From Fistulifera solaris (taxonomy: Eukaryota), in the NCBI GenBank assembly GCA_030295235.1, contig AP026146.1:434001-498000 (forward strand): 64,000 nt of DNA, in the 5' to 3' direction. The notes beneath the pieces were generated by a model that ran no database searches, had not been told where the DNA came from, and saw only the letters and a program-made list of their open reading frames with translations. The stretch's first letter is position 1, and the number at the start of each line of letters is the position of its first letter. This document shows, piece after piece, positions 35,991 through 48,692 of the stretch. Made by a program: the position numbers and the translations under genes.

Positions 35991-36736
35991 AAGCTCTACA
36001 TAAGCTTCAAATGTAACACTACGTTTGACTATGGCATGCCTTGATTGCCTTTTCGGATAGCCGGTCATATTTGGGTGCTTCAGCACGTCCATCTTGTCAC
36101 AATTAAGGCGCTACAATAGATTGCCAGCCTTTCTGCGTCGCGCGCTCGTTAGGACTGTACGTGTAGACTTAATAGGAAGCATGAGATTGTATTCCGCCGT
36201 AAACGGCTAATAAGGATTCCTAATGTGTCAACAACTGGTCTTCCAGGGCGATTCACCAAATGCTGTAGCTTGTTACCTAGAGTTGAAGAAAAATATGCCG
36301 ATCGTGTAAATCAGTCCATGACATGTGATTGTTTTTTCCTCCACGGACGTCACGAGCGATGACGTGTTCAAAATCTTTATCCCTATAGCACCCAGTATTG
36401 TCCTCAGTTAACGCGAATACTCTGAAATTAAAGAAAAAGTAAAGCTTTCGTTAGAAACCGCAAATGAAGTCTAGTTGCTGCATTTTTACGCAACAACTGA
36501 ACTTGTCACGCATTCTCTGTTAAAGCAAAAGGTGGGTCGATTTAAAGAGTGTGAAGGTCATTGAAATAAAGAACGTCGCCTCTTCCGGGACAAGAAATAA
36601 GTGAGTCGCAAAACTTGGGTATCTAAGCTATAGTAGACACCCATTTTAGCGTCAGTCCATCGCACGTCTGTCCAGTTTTATTCTCGTTGTACAACGAATT
36701 CATTTTTATCTCAACAATAGAAATACAATTCTAATT

Positions 36737-37354
36737 ATGCACCGATCTTTACAAAGGAGCGTAGTCGTTGCATCACGAAGAAGTCGGCGAGCATTGGGTG
36801 GCGTGCGATGGCACGGCGGACCAAAGGTACCGAATGATGCACCGACCATCACGGTAACATTTTGCAACCCGACAAGACACGAAAGGAAGTTCAAGCCCGC
36901 GTGGGAGAATCACTTCTTCAAACAGCGCATCGAAATGAGATTGATTTAGAAGGAGCTTGTGAAGGTGGTGAGTCGATCAATGATATTTCTAAGGTTCTTG
37001 ACGGCGTTATTTATAGCTGTCTCACTTTTTTGTTGCCCGGCAGTTTGTGCTTGCAGTACATGTCATTTAATCATGCCACAAGATCTCTATGATGTTTTGC
37101 CAGATCCATCGGAAGATGAAGAAGATATGTTAGAGTAAGTCGTAACGCATGTCGAACGCATAGTTGTACATTTCAAGTTCATCGCGTCGCTCACTTATGA
37201 TCGAAACATTACAGTATGGCTTTCGGATTGACCGATACGTCAAGACTTGGCTGTCAGGTTATTGTCACCAAAGATATGGAAGGAACTGAGTTTAAAATGC
37301 CAGCCGCGACAAGGAACTTTTTATGTGGATGGCCATAAACCGAAACCTCATTGA
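36737..37354 (+). CDS. Mitochondrial [2Fe-2S] ferredoxin (adrenodoxin type)
   Basis: [31 protein letters not shown]...[23 protein letters not shown]...[17 protein letters not shown]. Two introns (~36968-37043, ~37135-37213) and two T-run shifts. Confidence 0.93.
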
Positions 37355-37394
37355 TTATTCAACAACAAAACGAACGAAACTATTCTTTGATTAT

Positions 37395-39668
37395 CTAAGC
37401 AACCTGCAACAAAAGCTCTTCCAATTCTTCCCATTCTCTTGTGTATTTTTCAACCGATGCTTCTAAGCCCTCTTTTTGCTTCGAAAGATCCATCAGTTTA
37501 CCCGTGTCACTTCCATTTTGTATCATTTCTGCTTCCACAGCTGCAATTTTGCCCTCGGTTTCCTCGATCATTTTTTCTAGTTTAGCAATACGTTTTGGAG
37601 CATTGAATGCCTGTTTACGAAGTGCAGGATCCAGATCTGGCTTTTTCGTTTCCTTTACTTCTTGATATATTGACTTTGAAGTTGCTGCTGCTTCCATGTC
37701 GTCGATCGCCCAATCGCTATCACGAGCACCACGCTGTTCGATAAACAACTTCCCACCCGCGACCGTGGCGACATGAGTGAATTCAATTTTGTCGCAAAAC
37801 TCGCGATCATGCGAGACCACCAATAATGCGCCTGTTTCTTCGCCCCAATCGCGAAGCGCATCGCCGAGTGCTTCAACACTTTTAAAAAAAATCGTTAGGA
37901 ACAAAACGAACGTAGCACAACTAACATTCCTTGCAACGTACCATTCAACATCCAAGTGATTGGAAACCTCGTCCATGAGATATACATTACTCGGCTTTAA
38001 GGCGAACATGGCTAAGGCAACGCGTGCCTTCTCTCCCCACTCAAGTCGCCCAACTTTCGAAGTGACTTTTCGCCAATCAAGCCCAAGCCGCCCATGACTG
38101 TACGAGCTTGTTGATCTGTGATCATTATGTTTCCTCCTTCTCCTCGGGCGTATTGTGTCACAATGTCGACCGCTCGCTGAGTTGGATCCAGCTCTTGGGC
38201 CAAGTCCTGGGTAAACATACCAAGACGTAAGGAGTCGTTCTCAATACGCTCACCGCCGAGCAGGGGACATGTTCCTCGTAACGTATGCAAAATAGTCGAT
38301 TTTCCTGAAAAAAACAAACAAGCATGAGGGCCCTTTTGATCATTTCCATCGGTCTGCAATGACTGTACGAACCTGCACCATTCGGACCCCGAATCAATAG
38401 CTTCATTCCTCTTGTAATTTCCAAGTTAACTCCAGTAATCAACACTCTACCTTCGTGTCCTACCTTTGCATCCTTTAAAGTCAGTAGAGAATGCCCAATG
38501 GATTTAGGAGGATCGGGCAAATTCAGTGAGGGTTTGAAACGCTCGGTAATGATTTCTTCGGCGGGTGCATCCAATAAGCCTTCTCGTTCCATGCGCTCGA
38601 TTTGTTTTACGCGAGATTGTGCAGCGGATGCTTTGGTCGCCGATGCTCCAAACCGATCCACAAAGGATTGCAGTTTGGCAGCTTTTTCCAAATTTCTTTC
38701 GTACGCATTCCTAGCAGCTTCCGCTCGTTCGGCTTTCAGTGCCAAATACTGGTCGTAGGTACATGATTTGTAAATTTGCAGTTTTTTCGAGCTGACTTCC
38801 GCAATATGATCCATGGATCTCAGTAATTGAACATTGTGGGTCACGAGTATCAAGCTGCCTTTATCGTAGTTCGCAAGGTATCGAGCAAGCCACTTGAGGG
38901 CGGCTGCATCCAAGTGATTGCTAGGTTCATCCATTAAACAAAAGGAAGGTTCACTGAGCAACAATTTCGCCAAAGCCACGCGCATTTGCCATCCTCCCGA
39001 CAACTCATCACACCTTTGTTCTAAATTCGAAAATCCCAATCCCTTCAATACCGAAGAAACTTTGGCTTCTTGTTGATAGCCACCCGCTGCTTCGAACCGA
39101 GTCGTCGCTTCCTCTAATGCATCCATATCCGCTTCTTCCATGGCTTTCTCCATGTCACGTTGAGCCTCCATAATGTCGGTCATTCCGGAACAAGCTTCTT
39201 CGTAAATGGTGGTTTGGCTCCCCGCGACAGCCGTTTGTCGCAAATATCCCAATGTTTGGGTGTGTCCGATGGTCACTTTTCCATCAAAGGTTGCTTGGCC
39301 CACAATAGCACTCAATAAAGTGGATTTTCCTGCCCCATTTTGACCCACAAGCTACGAAAGGTAGGAATCGGTGGTGAGAAAACGAATAATTATAGGTAAA
39401 TTCCGTCAAAACGGATAATCAAATGACCATTCCACACATACCCCCCATTTCGTATTCGGTTCCACTCTCCAGGAAATCTTGTTCAGTATTTCGTTTGGTC
39501 CTCGAAAGACGCTCACATCCTCCAGCAATAGAGCAGCACCACGAGCATCACCCTTGTTTTCGGCAAAATCATCGGCCAAGGCCCGTAAAGGTCGGAACGA
39601 TGAAGTTGGCTGGGGGCTATGAAACGCATCGGAGTGATACACAAAAGGAACCACCATAACAGTCTCAT
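37395..39668 (-). CDS. ABC-F family ATPase, probably plastid-targeted
   Basis: Two NBDs (GQNGAGKST, LSGGWQMRVAL, DEPSNHLD; GPNGAG|KST, LSG.EKARVAL, DEVSNHLD), no TM domain, coiled-coil tail. Several introns; signal-like start with SDA-F. Confidence 0.93.
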
Positions 39669-40114
39669 GATACGTATATAGAATGTTCTTTTTCTCCAAG
39701 TTGTACGGAGTTTTCACAATACTATAACGTTTTTCCTTTTTCTTGCAGAATGACGGATGACGAAGAAGAAAAAAGTGCAAACGAAAAAAACGGATGGAGA
39801 ATGGCGCAAAGTAGATTCAAAATCGCACCGGCACCGGAAAGTTGTTTTCTAACAGGGTGCAGATGCGATGACCATTCTGTGCGACACCTCCAAAACACGA
39901 CTGTCGCGGTGGGGGACGCGACGAGAATTATAACGCAACGAAAAGCGGCGCTGCGTACTTTGTATGCTGGTACCGGTACTGGTACCAGGTTTGCGAGTTC
40001 TTCTATTCTTTTCACGAGCCAAATAATTAAGACACGACACAACGATTCAATAATATCAACACAGCATTGTTTCACCTTACTTACCATTCATTAATAATCT
40101 CACCGACAATTAAA

Positions 40115-40437
40115 ATGACACAAAAATACGACGACGTAGAAAACAAGGGCAAGAATGATGAACCAGAAATCTTTGCGACGGCCGTCCCCGCCGCCAACAA
40201 CGAACCTCCCATTCCAGCGGGACATGCTCGATTCTATTGCTCCAAGTGCCACACCGTAAGTGTTTTAGTCGTTAAGGGAACGAGATAAGTGTGTTGAAAC
40301 GAACGGGAACTTACGCTACTTTTATTATTCATTAGCCCTATGACCTCCCAGATAAAGCGACCTCGTGGCGTTGTGCGAACTGCATGACATTCAATTCGAT
40401 CACTCCGGGGGAATGTGAATGGTGCACGATTATTTAA
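40115..40437 (+). CDS. Small 80-aa C4 zinc-finger protein (LSD1-like spacing) ending in CaaX
   Basis: join(40115-40255,40336-40437): ...FYCSKCHT|PYDLPDKATSWRCANCMTFNSITPGECEWCTII*. The 80-nt GT-AG intron is phase 0. Confidence 0.82.
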
Positions 40438-40645
40438 AATGCGCACTGATAAACGGGATTTCTCTTGTCAGTGGAACTGATCGATGTGGATTTTAATTTA
40501 ATTCTTTATAAAAATACCAGTAAAAGTAGCAGCGTTGACGCTCTCGCGTTGCTTACTCCGTCTTATCTGAACTCGAATTTCTATGCATTAGCGTGTCCTA
40601 CAAAAGCTAACTCATTGATTCCCTTCATCCCCCCTTTTCTGGTTT

Positions 40646-41683
40646 TCAGTCAATATGATAATAGGTCCTTCTCGGTATATGAGTCATGTCACCGTTCCTC
40701 AAATATGATTTTCGGGTCACTTCGCTTTGTCCGGATTTTGGAATGATGTGAATTTGTTCAAACGCTGTACCTACTTGCTGCGGATACGTATAAGTGTAAG
40801 GAAATCGATCGGGATCGGTGTAAGCGTGTCGATCGTTGCGTTCGAATGTGGTGCGAGCTAAATGGACCGCAACGCGCGCGAGAGCCGTGCTCAAAGCCAC
40901 ACCTTCGGGCGAATGATCGATGGCTTCGTAAGGGAGTGTCGTGTGTGGATAGGTCGCATATTCAAAAGCATTCTTTTCTGGATGATACTGTACACCGTAG
41001 AAGGGAAGGTCACTGATGGGTTCGAGAGTCGAAACAAACGGGCGTCCCGTCTCGTCATGGTTCATTGATGTAATTTCCCAGACGCTTTGCAGAGACGGAC
41101 TCGACCAATAGGTAGCAGGATGCAAGCCCAGATGATGATTGTTTAAAGTGGTATTGCGTGAGATGACCGTTTGGTAAATATCGTCGTCGGAATAAAGATA
41201 AGAGGTGCGAACGACTCCTTCCAAAGGAAGGCTTTTGTTTTCGGCTTGATATCCAGCTTGTAAAATATCATCTCCTCCAATGAATCGCACTAAATACTCA
41301 AATCCCATGCATGTACCCCATACTGGAAAGTAATGACCCGCTTGATTGCTTTCGACGGCTTTGTTTAATAAATACTGTATGGCGTACGACATTTCGTCCG
41401 TCGCACCGCCCGGGATGAAAAGACCGTGGATTTGCTGAAACAGTTCATCCAATTCGGCGTCATCCGTCAAATCATCTTGGATGGCAATGGATCGAGCCCC
41501 GCCCGCCTCCAGCCATTTGACGTAGGAGGCGGCAATATACAGATTATCGCCCTGGGCCATGGGCTGGGCGAGAATGCCCATGACAGGGGATTGGGATGCA
41601 TCCGAAGCGCATTCGGAGAATAAGCTAGTAAATAAAAGAAGGAGAGATAATACGAGACGAGATATCATCCTTATTATCGTCAT
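40646..41683 (-). CDS. GGH: Gamma-glutamyl hydrolase (peptidase C26)
   Basis: Signal peptide; PVMGILAQP, YIAASYVKWLEAGGAR, FPVWGTCMGFE, FYGVQYHPEKNAFE. Confidence 0.95.
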   Translation of the reverse strand: MTIIRMISRLVLSLLLLFTSLFSECASDASQSPVMGILAQPMAQGDNLYIAASYVKWLEAGGARSIAIQDDLTDDAELDELFQQIHGLFIPGGATDEMSYAIQYLLNKAVESNQAGHYFPVWGTCMGFEYLVRFIGGDDILQAGYQAENKSLPLEGVVRTSYLYSDDDIYQTVISRNTTLNNHHLGLHPATYWSSPSLQSVWEITSMNHDETGRPFVSTLEPISDLPFYGVQYHPEKNAFEYATYPHTTLPYEAIDHSPEGVALSTALARVAVHLARTTFERNDRHAYTDPDRFPYTYTYPQQVGTAFEQIHIIPKSGQSEVTRKSYLRNGDMTHIPRRTYYHID

Positions 41684-42250
41684 CGTGATTATTTGTGTCA
41701 CCGCTGTAAATAATTGCTTTTGCTTTATTATTTTTTGAAGTTATGTTTTCGAAGCAGACGTTTTTGGCCGAAGGGCCAAAAAGTCCACAGAAAGAAGAAG
41801 ACTGGTGTCGTCACACCGGTTTTCAATGTAGAAATGCCTTTCCCTCTTCTCTACTTGGTACTTCATTCCTCGTACAAAAAAGCCTAACCCTGATGGAAGA
41901 GTTCACTTTTCGCGCCGAGTGAATGAGACGTGACAATGCTTTCTGTTTGGCAAAAGCGGTCCAACAGAAACGTCCTATAAACACTTTCGCAGGACGGTGC
42001 GGGAAATTGTGTACTTTCGTGTAGGCCCCCGTAGAGAAATGTACCAAGCAGAGGTGCGTTCCCGTGTCTCCCAGTTTCCTTTTTGACGTCAAGAAGGAAC
42101 AAAGCACAACGAGCACGGACTGACACACTATAATACGAAAAAGTAAAAAAGACCTGGCGATCTGCAACCACAGCTGGCTTTTGAAAGTATCTTGCCCCCT
42201 TTTTGATTCTGTAGTAGATCCTTTCACTTTTCTCATTGACATCACTGCCA

Positions 42251-43303
42251 ATGTTTGCAATGAACTTTACCGAAGAGAGAAGCAACAATTCAAGATCAAA
42301 TGCGTTGCTTCATATAATCATGCATGCTAGTCCATCGAGCAACGACTCCCCGCGTCGGGGGAGCCATCAAATGTCACGTTTGGATGCATCTTCGATCGCC
42401 GCTATTTTACAGTTATCACCGTCGGAAATGCGCCATCATCGCCTACCCATGCCTTTGAAGCTATACTCTATACTAAACTCTACATCGCATGATGTGGTGT
42501 CGTGGTTGCCGGATGGTCGTGGTTTTCAGATTCGTCACCCGGAACGGTTCGAACAAGAAATCTTATCTCAATATTTTGATTATGGCAATCAGAACTATAT
42601 GACGTTCATTCGTCTACTTGCTCTTTGGGAATTCAAGGCAGGACCTGATAACTCCTATTACCATCAGGTGAGTTAAGCCACCGGTTTTTGCCTTGAGAGA
42701 AAAATAAAGCCTCTAATATCCGTTTAGTACTTGGTGAGGGACTTTCCCGAGCTTTTGTGCTCAATGCATCTATCTGCTAATGCCAGTGGAGTTTCAACAA
42801 GTACTGATCTTAATCCTGGCAATCCTTCTCGTCCTCCTCTTCTTCCAATGGAGGAATTTGACTCAATGGAAACCTCAAGTTCCCTGTGTGAGTTGCAATC
42901 GAAACCCTCCCTCCAGCCGAGAATCGCCTTTGGCGGGACGCCATTCTTTGGTGACTCTGAGACTACTTTTGCGCCTCTATCTCAAGTCACGAAACAACAC
43001 ATTGTTCAAACCCTGACGGTAGCAGTCCAGTTATCTGCTGACCAGGAATACCCCAAGCCAGCGGTCGTTTCTCCGACCAGTGTCTGCGCCGCTATGAGGG
43101 ATGAAGACTCCTCGTGTCAATCGTTGACTTCATCCCCACCGACGAAGAAAAGCACGCTGGTTACCACAATTGGGACCTGCCTCTCCTGACGAGCAGCCCC
43201 TTTTCTCGGCCCCACGCGAGGAATCAGGTCTAGAATATAGTTCGTGGTTCTCTACCAATCCTGAACTCTTTGCCACTCTTGCCGAGAGCAGCAACAACTC
43301 TTA
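42251..43303 (+). CDS. HSF-type DNA-binding domain protein (divergent)
   Basis: MPLKLYSIL...VVSWLPDGRGFQIRHPERFEQEILSQYF...TFIRLLALWEF...SYYHQ|YLVRDFPELLCSM. Intron ~42668-42728; stop at 43189, or ~43303 if a shift is corrected. Confidence 0.85.
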
Positions 43304-43455
43304 ACCCTTTTACCGATTGTCATTACTGTTGAATCGTGAACTCTGAACGCTACGCACCACGGAATCTACGGAAATTTTGGCCATGAAATGCATGTTTACA
43401 TCTATACTAAATATTCTGAAGCAATCAAAGATAATTCTTAGCATTGCAACCATCA

Positions 43456-44016
43456 TTAACTGCGCTTCTTGTTTTGTTCCTCCATTTGTCGCTCGTGAAT
43501 GTAAATTAAATGCCATCCGAAAGGCGTTTGTACCGGCCCGACGGCCTGCTCAACGGGTGTATTGGGGTCAAAACAGATTGCATCAAAGCGTGGTGTCATG
43601 TTCTGTGGTTTAAATTTTCCCAGATTACCTCCGTGTACTTTTGAAGGGCACACGGAATGTGCTCGCGCATATTTGGCAAACGCGTGTGCATCACCTCCAA
43701 TCTTCTGTTTCCATTCCTCCAGTTTTTGTTCCGCTTCGGGGTCTTTGTGCTCGAGTAGAATGTGCGAGGCCACCACATAGACCGGTTTGCTATAAAATAC
43801 GAAAGCCAAGTAAAAGACGGACAAGAAGATCAACGCAAGAGTGACCGGTGTAAAGGGAAGAGTGGTCTTTCCAATCACCAAATAGCGTGTGTACCATGGT
43901 CGTTTGAGCTTGCGAGCTTCTTTCGCAGTCTCTTGCGCCATGATGAGCACACAGCAAAGCACGGTCACGACAAAGAAGCGCAGTGTCTTCCTCGAGAGCT
44001 TTTCTGTAGTCATCAT
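43456..44016 (-). CDS. Parvulin/PpiC-type peptidyl-prolyl isomerase, membrane anchored
   Basis: ASHILL, FAKYARAHSVCPSKVHGGNLGKF, MTPRFDAICF, GPVQTPFGWHLIYI. Confidence 0.93.
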   Translation of the reverse strand: MMTTEKLSRKTLRFFVVTVLCCVLIMAQETAKEARKLKRPWYTRYLVIGKTTLPFTPVTLALIFLSVFYLAFVFYSKPVYVVASHILLEHKDPEAEQKLEEWKQKIGGDAHAFAKYARAHSVCPSKVHGGNLGKFKPQNMTPRFDAICFDPNTPVEQAVGPVQTPFGWHLIYIHERQMEEQNKKRS

Positions 44017-44613
44017 CGCTCTACAGCAAAGAAAGAGCTGGTTTTAGTAAACGCAACACCAACTGCGTCGAATCATAAAAAGAGCTGCAGCGTTTTTTTT
44101 GTCCCTCGCATTCTGTTTTTTTGTTGTTGTGCCACATTCACTATAGGCTCCAAGTGTTCGTCAACGACACCACGACTGAATCTTAGTCACGAATCAACTA
44201 CTGAAGACGATTGAAACAGCAACAACTACCGGGGTACTTTCAAAATAACAAGCAGGAAGTGTAAATTTGATTTTAATGGCGTGGACGATTTCATTTTGTA
44301 GCGATCACCTTTATTCGAATGGCGAAAATCGGTACGGGAACCTAGCTCTAGTTAAGCTAAGCCTTTCTGTGGGCGCCCGCCCGTCGCTCGTACGGAGCAT
44401 AGATTGTCGTTCGTATTTTTTCATTATTTGCAATTCCTATTTCCTTCGTGTCATTTGTGTACCTTGCTTATCACAAACAACGATGAATGGTATGAGTTGA
44501 TTTAAGGTATAAAGCGAAAAGACTGGGAGACTAAAGATGCTGGGACTCTGGATATAGTAAGATAATGATGACAAGTTAAGTCGCGTTGAATATTCCGTTT
44601 TCCGATGATTCGA

Positions 44614-45659
44614 ATGTTCCTTTTCGGAGCCGTTTGGCTATCTTGTTGTGCAGGGCTTCAGCTACATTTCACGAGACGAGAACTAGGAGTTCTCTCGGTA
44701 TCATCGGTTCCGCCTTCACTGTTCTCGAAACAACCGACGTCTGTTCCATTTCCTCTGCAATATCTTCCTATCGGTAATTGCTGGGCGTTAAAGGTTTCCA
44801 TCGCCGACAATTTGATGAACGGCTTTACTTTTCTAGCTATTGTCGATACAGGATCACCTTTCCTGACCACTCCCGCTCGGAGTTTACAATTGACGGATTC
44901 CACCCGCTTTCCGAGCTCCTACGAGCAATATGGTGAACCGTCCGGAAAAATGGAATGGAGAAACGCAAATTATGTGACACTTATCGCCGAACAAAATGTC
45001 CTTTTGAACAGAGACATATTGTATTAGGTGTTCCATCGAATGAAGTTGTGAAAGAGACGGGAGGAATATTTGCTGGATTGATATGGAAGGATGACAACCG
45101 ACCGTCCTTTCTACAGCAACTGGGTTTCATAGCCATGCACATTGATTTTGGCAACAATCATCTGACGCTTTCTCGACAACCTTTGTTGAGTCGCAATGAT
45201 CCAGCAAGCTGTACTTTGTACAACTTGCGTCCGTTCGGACCTGACTTGTATCATTATGCCGTATTGTGCGATGTGGTGGAACTCCAGTTTATCGACAAAG
45301 ATGACGATACGCTTGTCCAAACTCTTTCACTGGACCGAAACAACGTTAAAAGACCCATAGTTGCGGTTCTGGATACTGGACTGACGGGGTGTATTCTATC
45401 GGACTCGTTCCAGAGAGTGAACGGGTTTCCTCTGCCGGGACGGATTTTGGGTGCTTGCGTTTCAATTCACAGCATAAACGGCGAACAAATCCGCCTCACC
45501 AGCTGCGATCAGCATTGGCGACTATCCTCGTTCCGCCTGCCTTGGTTCTACGATGACGACGATCACCCTCATATCATCGCTATGGGAAATACTTTCTGGC
45601 AAAACACCAAATCACTCACGATCGATCCCAGTATAGGCAGATTCAAAGTGGAAGTCTAG
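44614..45659 (+). CDS. Putative pepsin-like aspartic protease with signal peptide
   Basis: Two catalytic-type motifs AIVDTGSP and AVLDTGLT, flap-like EQYGE, late IIAMGNTF. 1-nt shift near 45015. Confidence 0.7.
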
Positions 45660-45799
45660 AAGTTATTGATCTAAACGCAAGCAAACATGAGTGAACTTCC
45701 GAGCCATTCGTAGCCTTGATCGTAAGGTATTCAACATTTGCTGAATCTGCAACCCATCTCTCTCGATTTTCTATCGATCGGCGTTTGATATTTCCTGGT

Positions 45800-46450
45800 T
45801 TCGACTTGCTGTCGAGAGCCTTATCTCACGTCTTTGTTAGTTTCGGATTCGTGCACAGACTGGCATTCTATCTGAACAATTCCAACTTTAACTTGAGTCA
45901 TCAATTCATTTCTGATGTTCCGATAGCTTGCCTTTTTCTTCCAGTCTTCTTTTGCGTTGTGCACCCAACGAGAAACGTTGTCTTTCATCCGTGCCTGGTC
46001 GTTGTACAGTCCTGTAAGAAAGTATAATGACTTTGTGACCTCATGAATAACAAGTACTCCGGAGCTTTCATTCCTGTGAAGAGCAATGGTACAAAGTTTC
46101 TTGTTCTTTCTTTGCGCGATTCCGTTCTGTTCCAACCCTTTCTAAGCTGTGGTTAAAAGCCCCTTTAAGTGAGATTGTGCAGTTCGACATAATGAACAAC
46201 ATGGGCCACATTTACTTGCATCTCTTCATAGAAACGGAAGCTCAAGCTCAAGCTTGCCAGGATTGACTTATTGACAACCGAGCTTGGGTGCTACCTCTCA
46301 TGCATTCTATGGAAGAGGAATTTGTCTTGCTCGAGCGACGACGATCTGGCGCTGCACCTATGGCATAATTCAAACTAATTATTACTCCGCCAACAAGCTT
46401 CTTCATTAACGAAAAATAAATCCTCTGGTTATCTCCACTCTTCTTCATAC
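45800..46450 (-). pseudogene. Possible degenerate coding remnant of unknown family
   Basis: Fragmentary ORFs 46248-46448 and 45821-46135 on the same strand with protein-like composition, separated by stops. Confidence 0.25.
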
Positions 46451-46584
46451 GTAGTCCATTTTTAGACCTAACCTTAAAGATAATTACTCCGGTATTTCTT
46501 GCGCCGACGCTACTACCTTGTAAGCACGGACACCGAAACTCAACACATCACGCACCATATTATATTGTCGCCGCGTCATCCTAG

Positions 46585-47694
46585 TCACCCGACAATGAAA
46601 CAGAAAAAGGACGCAAGAAGCCCCATTGCAAAGACATTATCAAAGCAATGATTAGCCCTCGATGCAGGAGCGGCAACAGGAGGGTTTCCCGCCGCTGAAC
46701 CTTCTCCGCTTGTTCCAGGCAAAGACTCAACGACGGGCGTCGAGACAGAAGGCGACGCAGCCGGTTCCGTGTTAGCTGAAAAGGTCGGTGATTGTACTAC
46801 GCCACGAGACTGTAAAGTTACTTCAAAGTCTCCATTGAGACTTGCAACGCTGTCCCCAATGAGAATGTAGTACTGCACATTTGCTTTAGCAATCCATTGC
46901 AACTCGATATCAAACGAAAAGCCAATTGCTTCGCACACCCAACTGTCACCGACTCGCGCTTGAACTCCAATGACGGTATTGGCAATGGCTGCAGACTGTA
47001 CCGTCGTTTTCAATACGATAGGTTCTTCAGGAAACGTACTTGTGTAAGTAAACCACACGCCGTATTTCCCATCTATCCCGCAACCGTCCTCTTCAAAATC
47101 AGAAAGTGCACCATCCAGAGAAAATACCCCTTGAAAGGGCAAATCATCTTGAGTTATTGCTACCGCATTCTCCAACTTGTCATTCGGCGGAGGAGAATAC
47201 TCTTCCAAGGTTAGAGTGTACGAAGGTGAGCCGTACTCACTGAAGACGTAAATGAATAATTCACTTCCAGGTAAAGTTGTCATTGGAACGTCAGTCACAA
47301 AAAAGTCGTATAGAGGGTCATAGTTGACACAGGAAAGAGATTCGCAAGTGCCTTCGAAGACCACCACATTTGGAGGAAAAGAATCTAACGTAATCGAAAA
47401 ACCGGCTGTGAGTAAAGCTACTTCTGTTTTTGGAAAGTAGCTATACCAATCACCCGGTGGTAAGTCTGACTCCGAAAACGCGGCCCCGCACAGAGCGCTT
47501 GGATGATTATACTCGGTAGTGGGCGCAGCAATGTTTCCACTGATCTCGAACGGGGGCACATTTTCTTGTGCGGCACTGCACGACCCCTGAGCCTGCACAA
47601 AAGCTGTTTCATGGCTAATCACAACCGCCAGTAGAAGCAGTGTGCGGGCAGGGGCAAGCCATGGAAAGGAACACAACAAATAGTGAAGAATCAT
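46585..47694 (-). CDS. Secreted or cell-surface protein with two repeated beta-rich modules, Ser/Pro linker and GPI-like hydrophobic tail
   Basis: Signal peptide; repeats CG...GDWYSY and CG...GVWFTY; PPNDKLENAVAI motif; C-terminal VFAMGLLASFFCFIVG. Confidence 0.75.
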   Translation of the reverse strand: MILHYLLCSFPWLAPARTLLLLAVVISHETAFVQAQGSCSAAQENVPPFEISGNIAAPTTEYNHPSALCGAAFSESDLPPGDWYSYFPKTEVALLTAGFSITLDSFPPNVVVFEGTCESLSCVNYDPLYDFFVTDVPMTTLPGSELFIYVFSEYGSPSYTLTLEEYSPPPNDKLENAVAITQDDLPFQGVFSLDGALSDFEEDGCGIDGKYGVWFTYTSTFPEEPIVLKTTVQSAAIANTVIGVQARVGDSWVCEAIGFSFDIELQWIAKANVQYYILIGDSVASLNGDFEVTLQSRGVVQSPTFSANTEPAASPSVSTPVVESLPGTSGEGSAAGNPPVAAPASRANHCFDNVFAMGLLASFFCFIVG

Positions 47695-48397
47695 TGTGAT
47701 CCAGTTGACGCTTGTAACAGGGATTGATTCGACGAAAAGCACAACGTCACGGTGTGTTTTTTTTTTGCCTGAAGCCAGTGCGCCGGAATGAATGAAAGCG
47801 AGTTTGGGAGAGAGTCGCTGCAAGCAAAGGAGTACAGTATACACATGTGCTTGTGAAAGCTTGTAACGACTGATCCAGAAGAACGTCAAATTTGCATTCT
47901 GACTTGAGGAAATTAGGAATAAATATTGGAGTATTAGTATTAATTATTCAATCCAAAAAAAATCTCGTGATTCGATGTTATGCTTCTTTATTTAATGTCC
48001 GACGGAACGTTAATGATTTGGTCAAGATTTGGTCAGAAAGCGAATAAATAAGCCGTGCTCAAGTTCCATCAGTAGCGTGCGACTACGGTTCTGGTACTTA
48101 AATTGCCTCCACGAGCGCTGAGCGCTGAGTATTGCACGAGGATGAGAAATGTAGCTCAGAACGTCACATAGAGTGAAGGGACAGAAAATCGTGTGAGGAA
48201 TACTATTTATTCAATGGAAAAACTTTTCGCCGAATAGGGCTTAATGAGAAGCTCATTAATCCTTTTATCAGCCCCAGCGTTTTGAGTTTTGAGAGCCCGT
48301 GCAATTCAGTCCTGAGCCACCAAAAAGCATTCATCTCCTCTCGCCACAAAACGAACCATCGGATTGCTCCAACATTACATGTGTACCTGGTACCTAG

Positions 48398-48562
48398 AAA
48401 CGGCATTAAAATTCTGCCTCGTCGTGGACGCTACGTAGAATCATGTACAGTGTCTGGGATGACGGCGCTGCAAGGATCAAGGATCGGGAAACGGCGTTAA
48501 AATTCTGCCTAGTCGTGGACGCTACGTAGAATCTTGTACTGGGAGGCAGAATTTTAACGTCC
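48398..48562. repeat. Tandem pair of a ~60-bp hairpin (MITE-like) unit; first copy truncated
   Basis: TTAAAATTCTGCCTnGTCGTGGACGCTACGTAGAATCwTGTAC at ~48406 and ~48497. The second copy has a 16-bp perfect inverted repeat (48495-48510 / 48544-48559). Confidence 0.85.
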
Positions 48563-48692
48563 TTCCCGGGAATGCCTGATGCCTGTGAAAATTTTAGCCG
48601 TCGTGGTTTCTAGTACAGCTTCTACATTCTACATTCTACAATGCGATAGCAGTAATGGTAATGGTACAATTTCGTACCATTGATTTGTGTAG

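Noticed and set aside
48620..48640. (TTCTACA)x3 as telomere-like repeat
   Set aside because: Only three units and not a TTAGGG-type sequence; treated as a microsatellite in the relic region.
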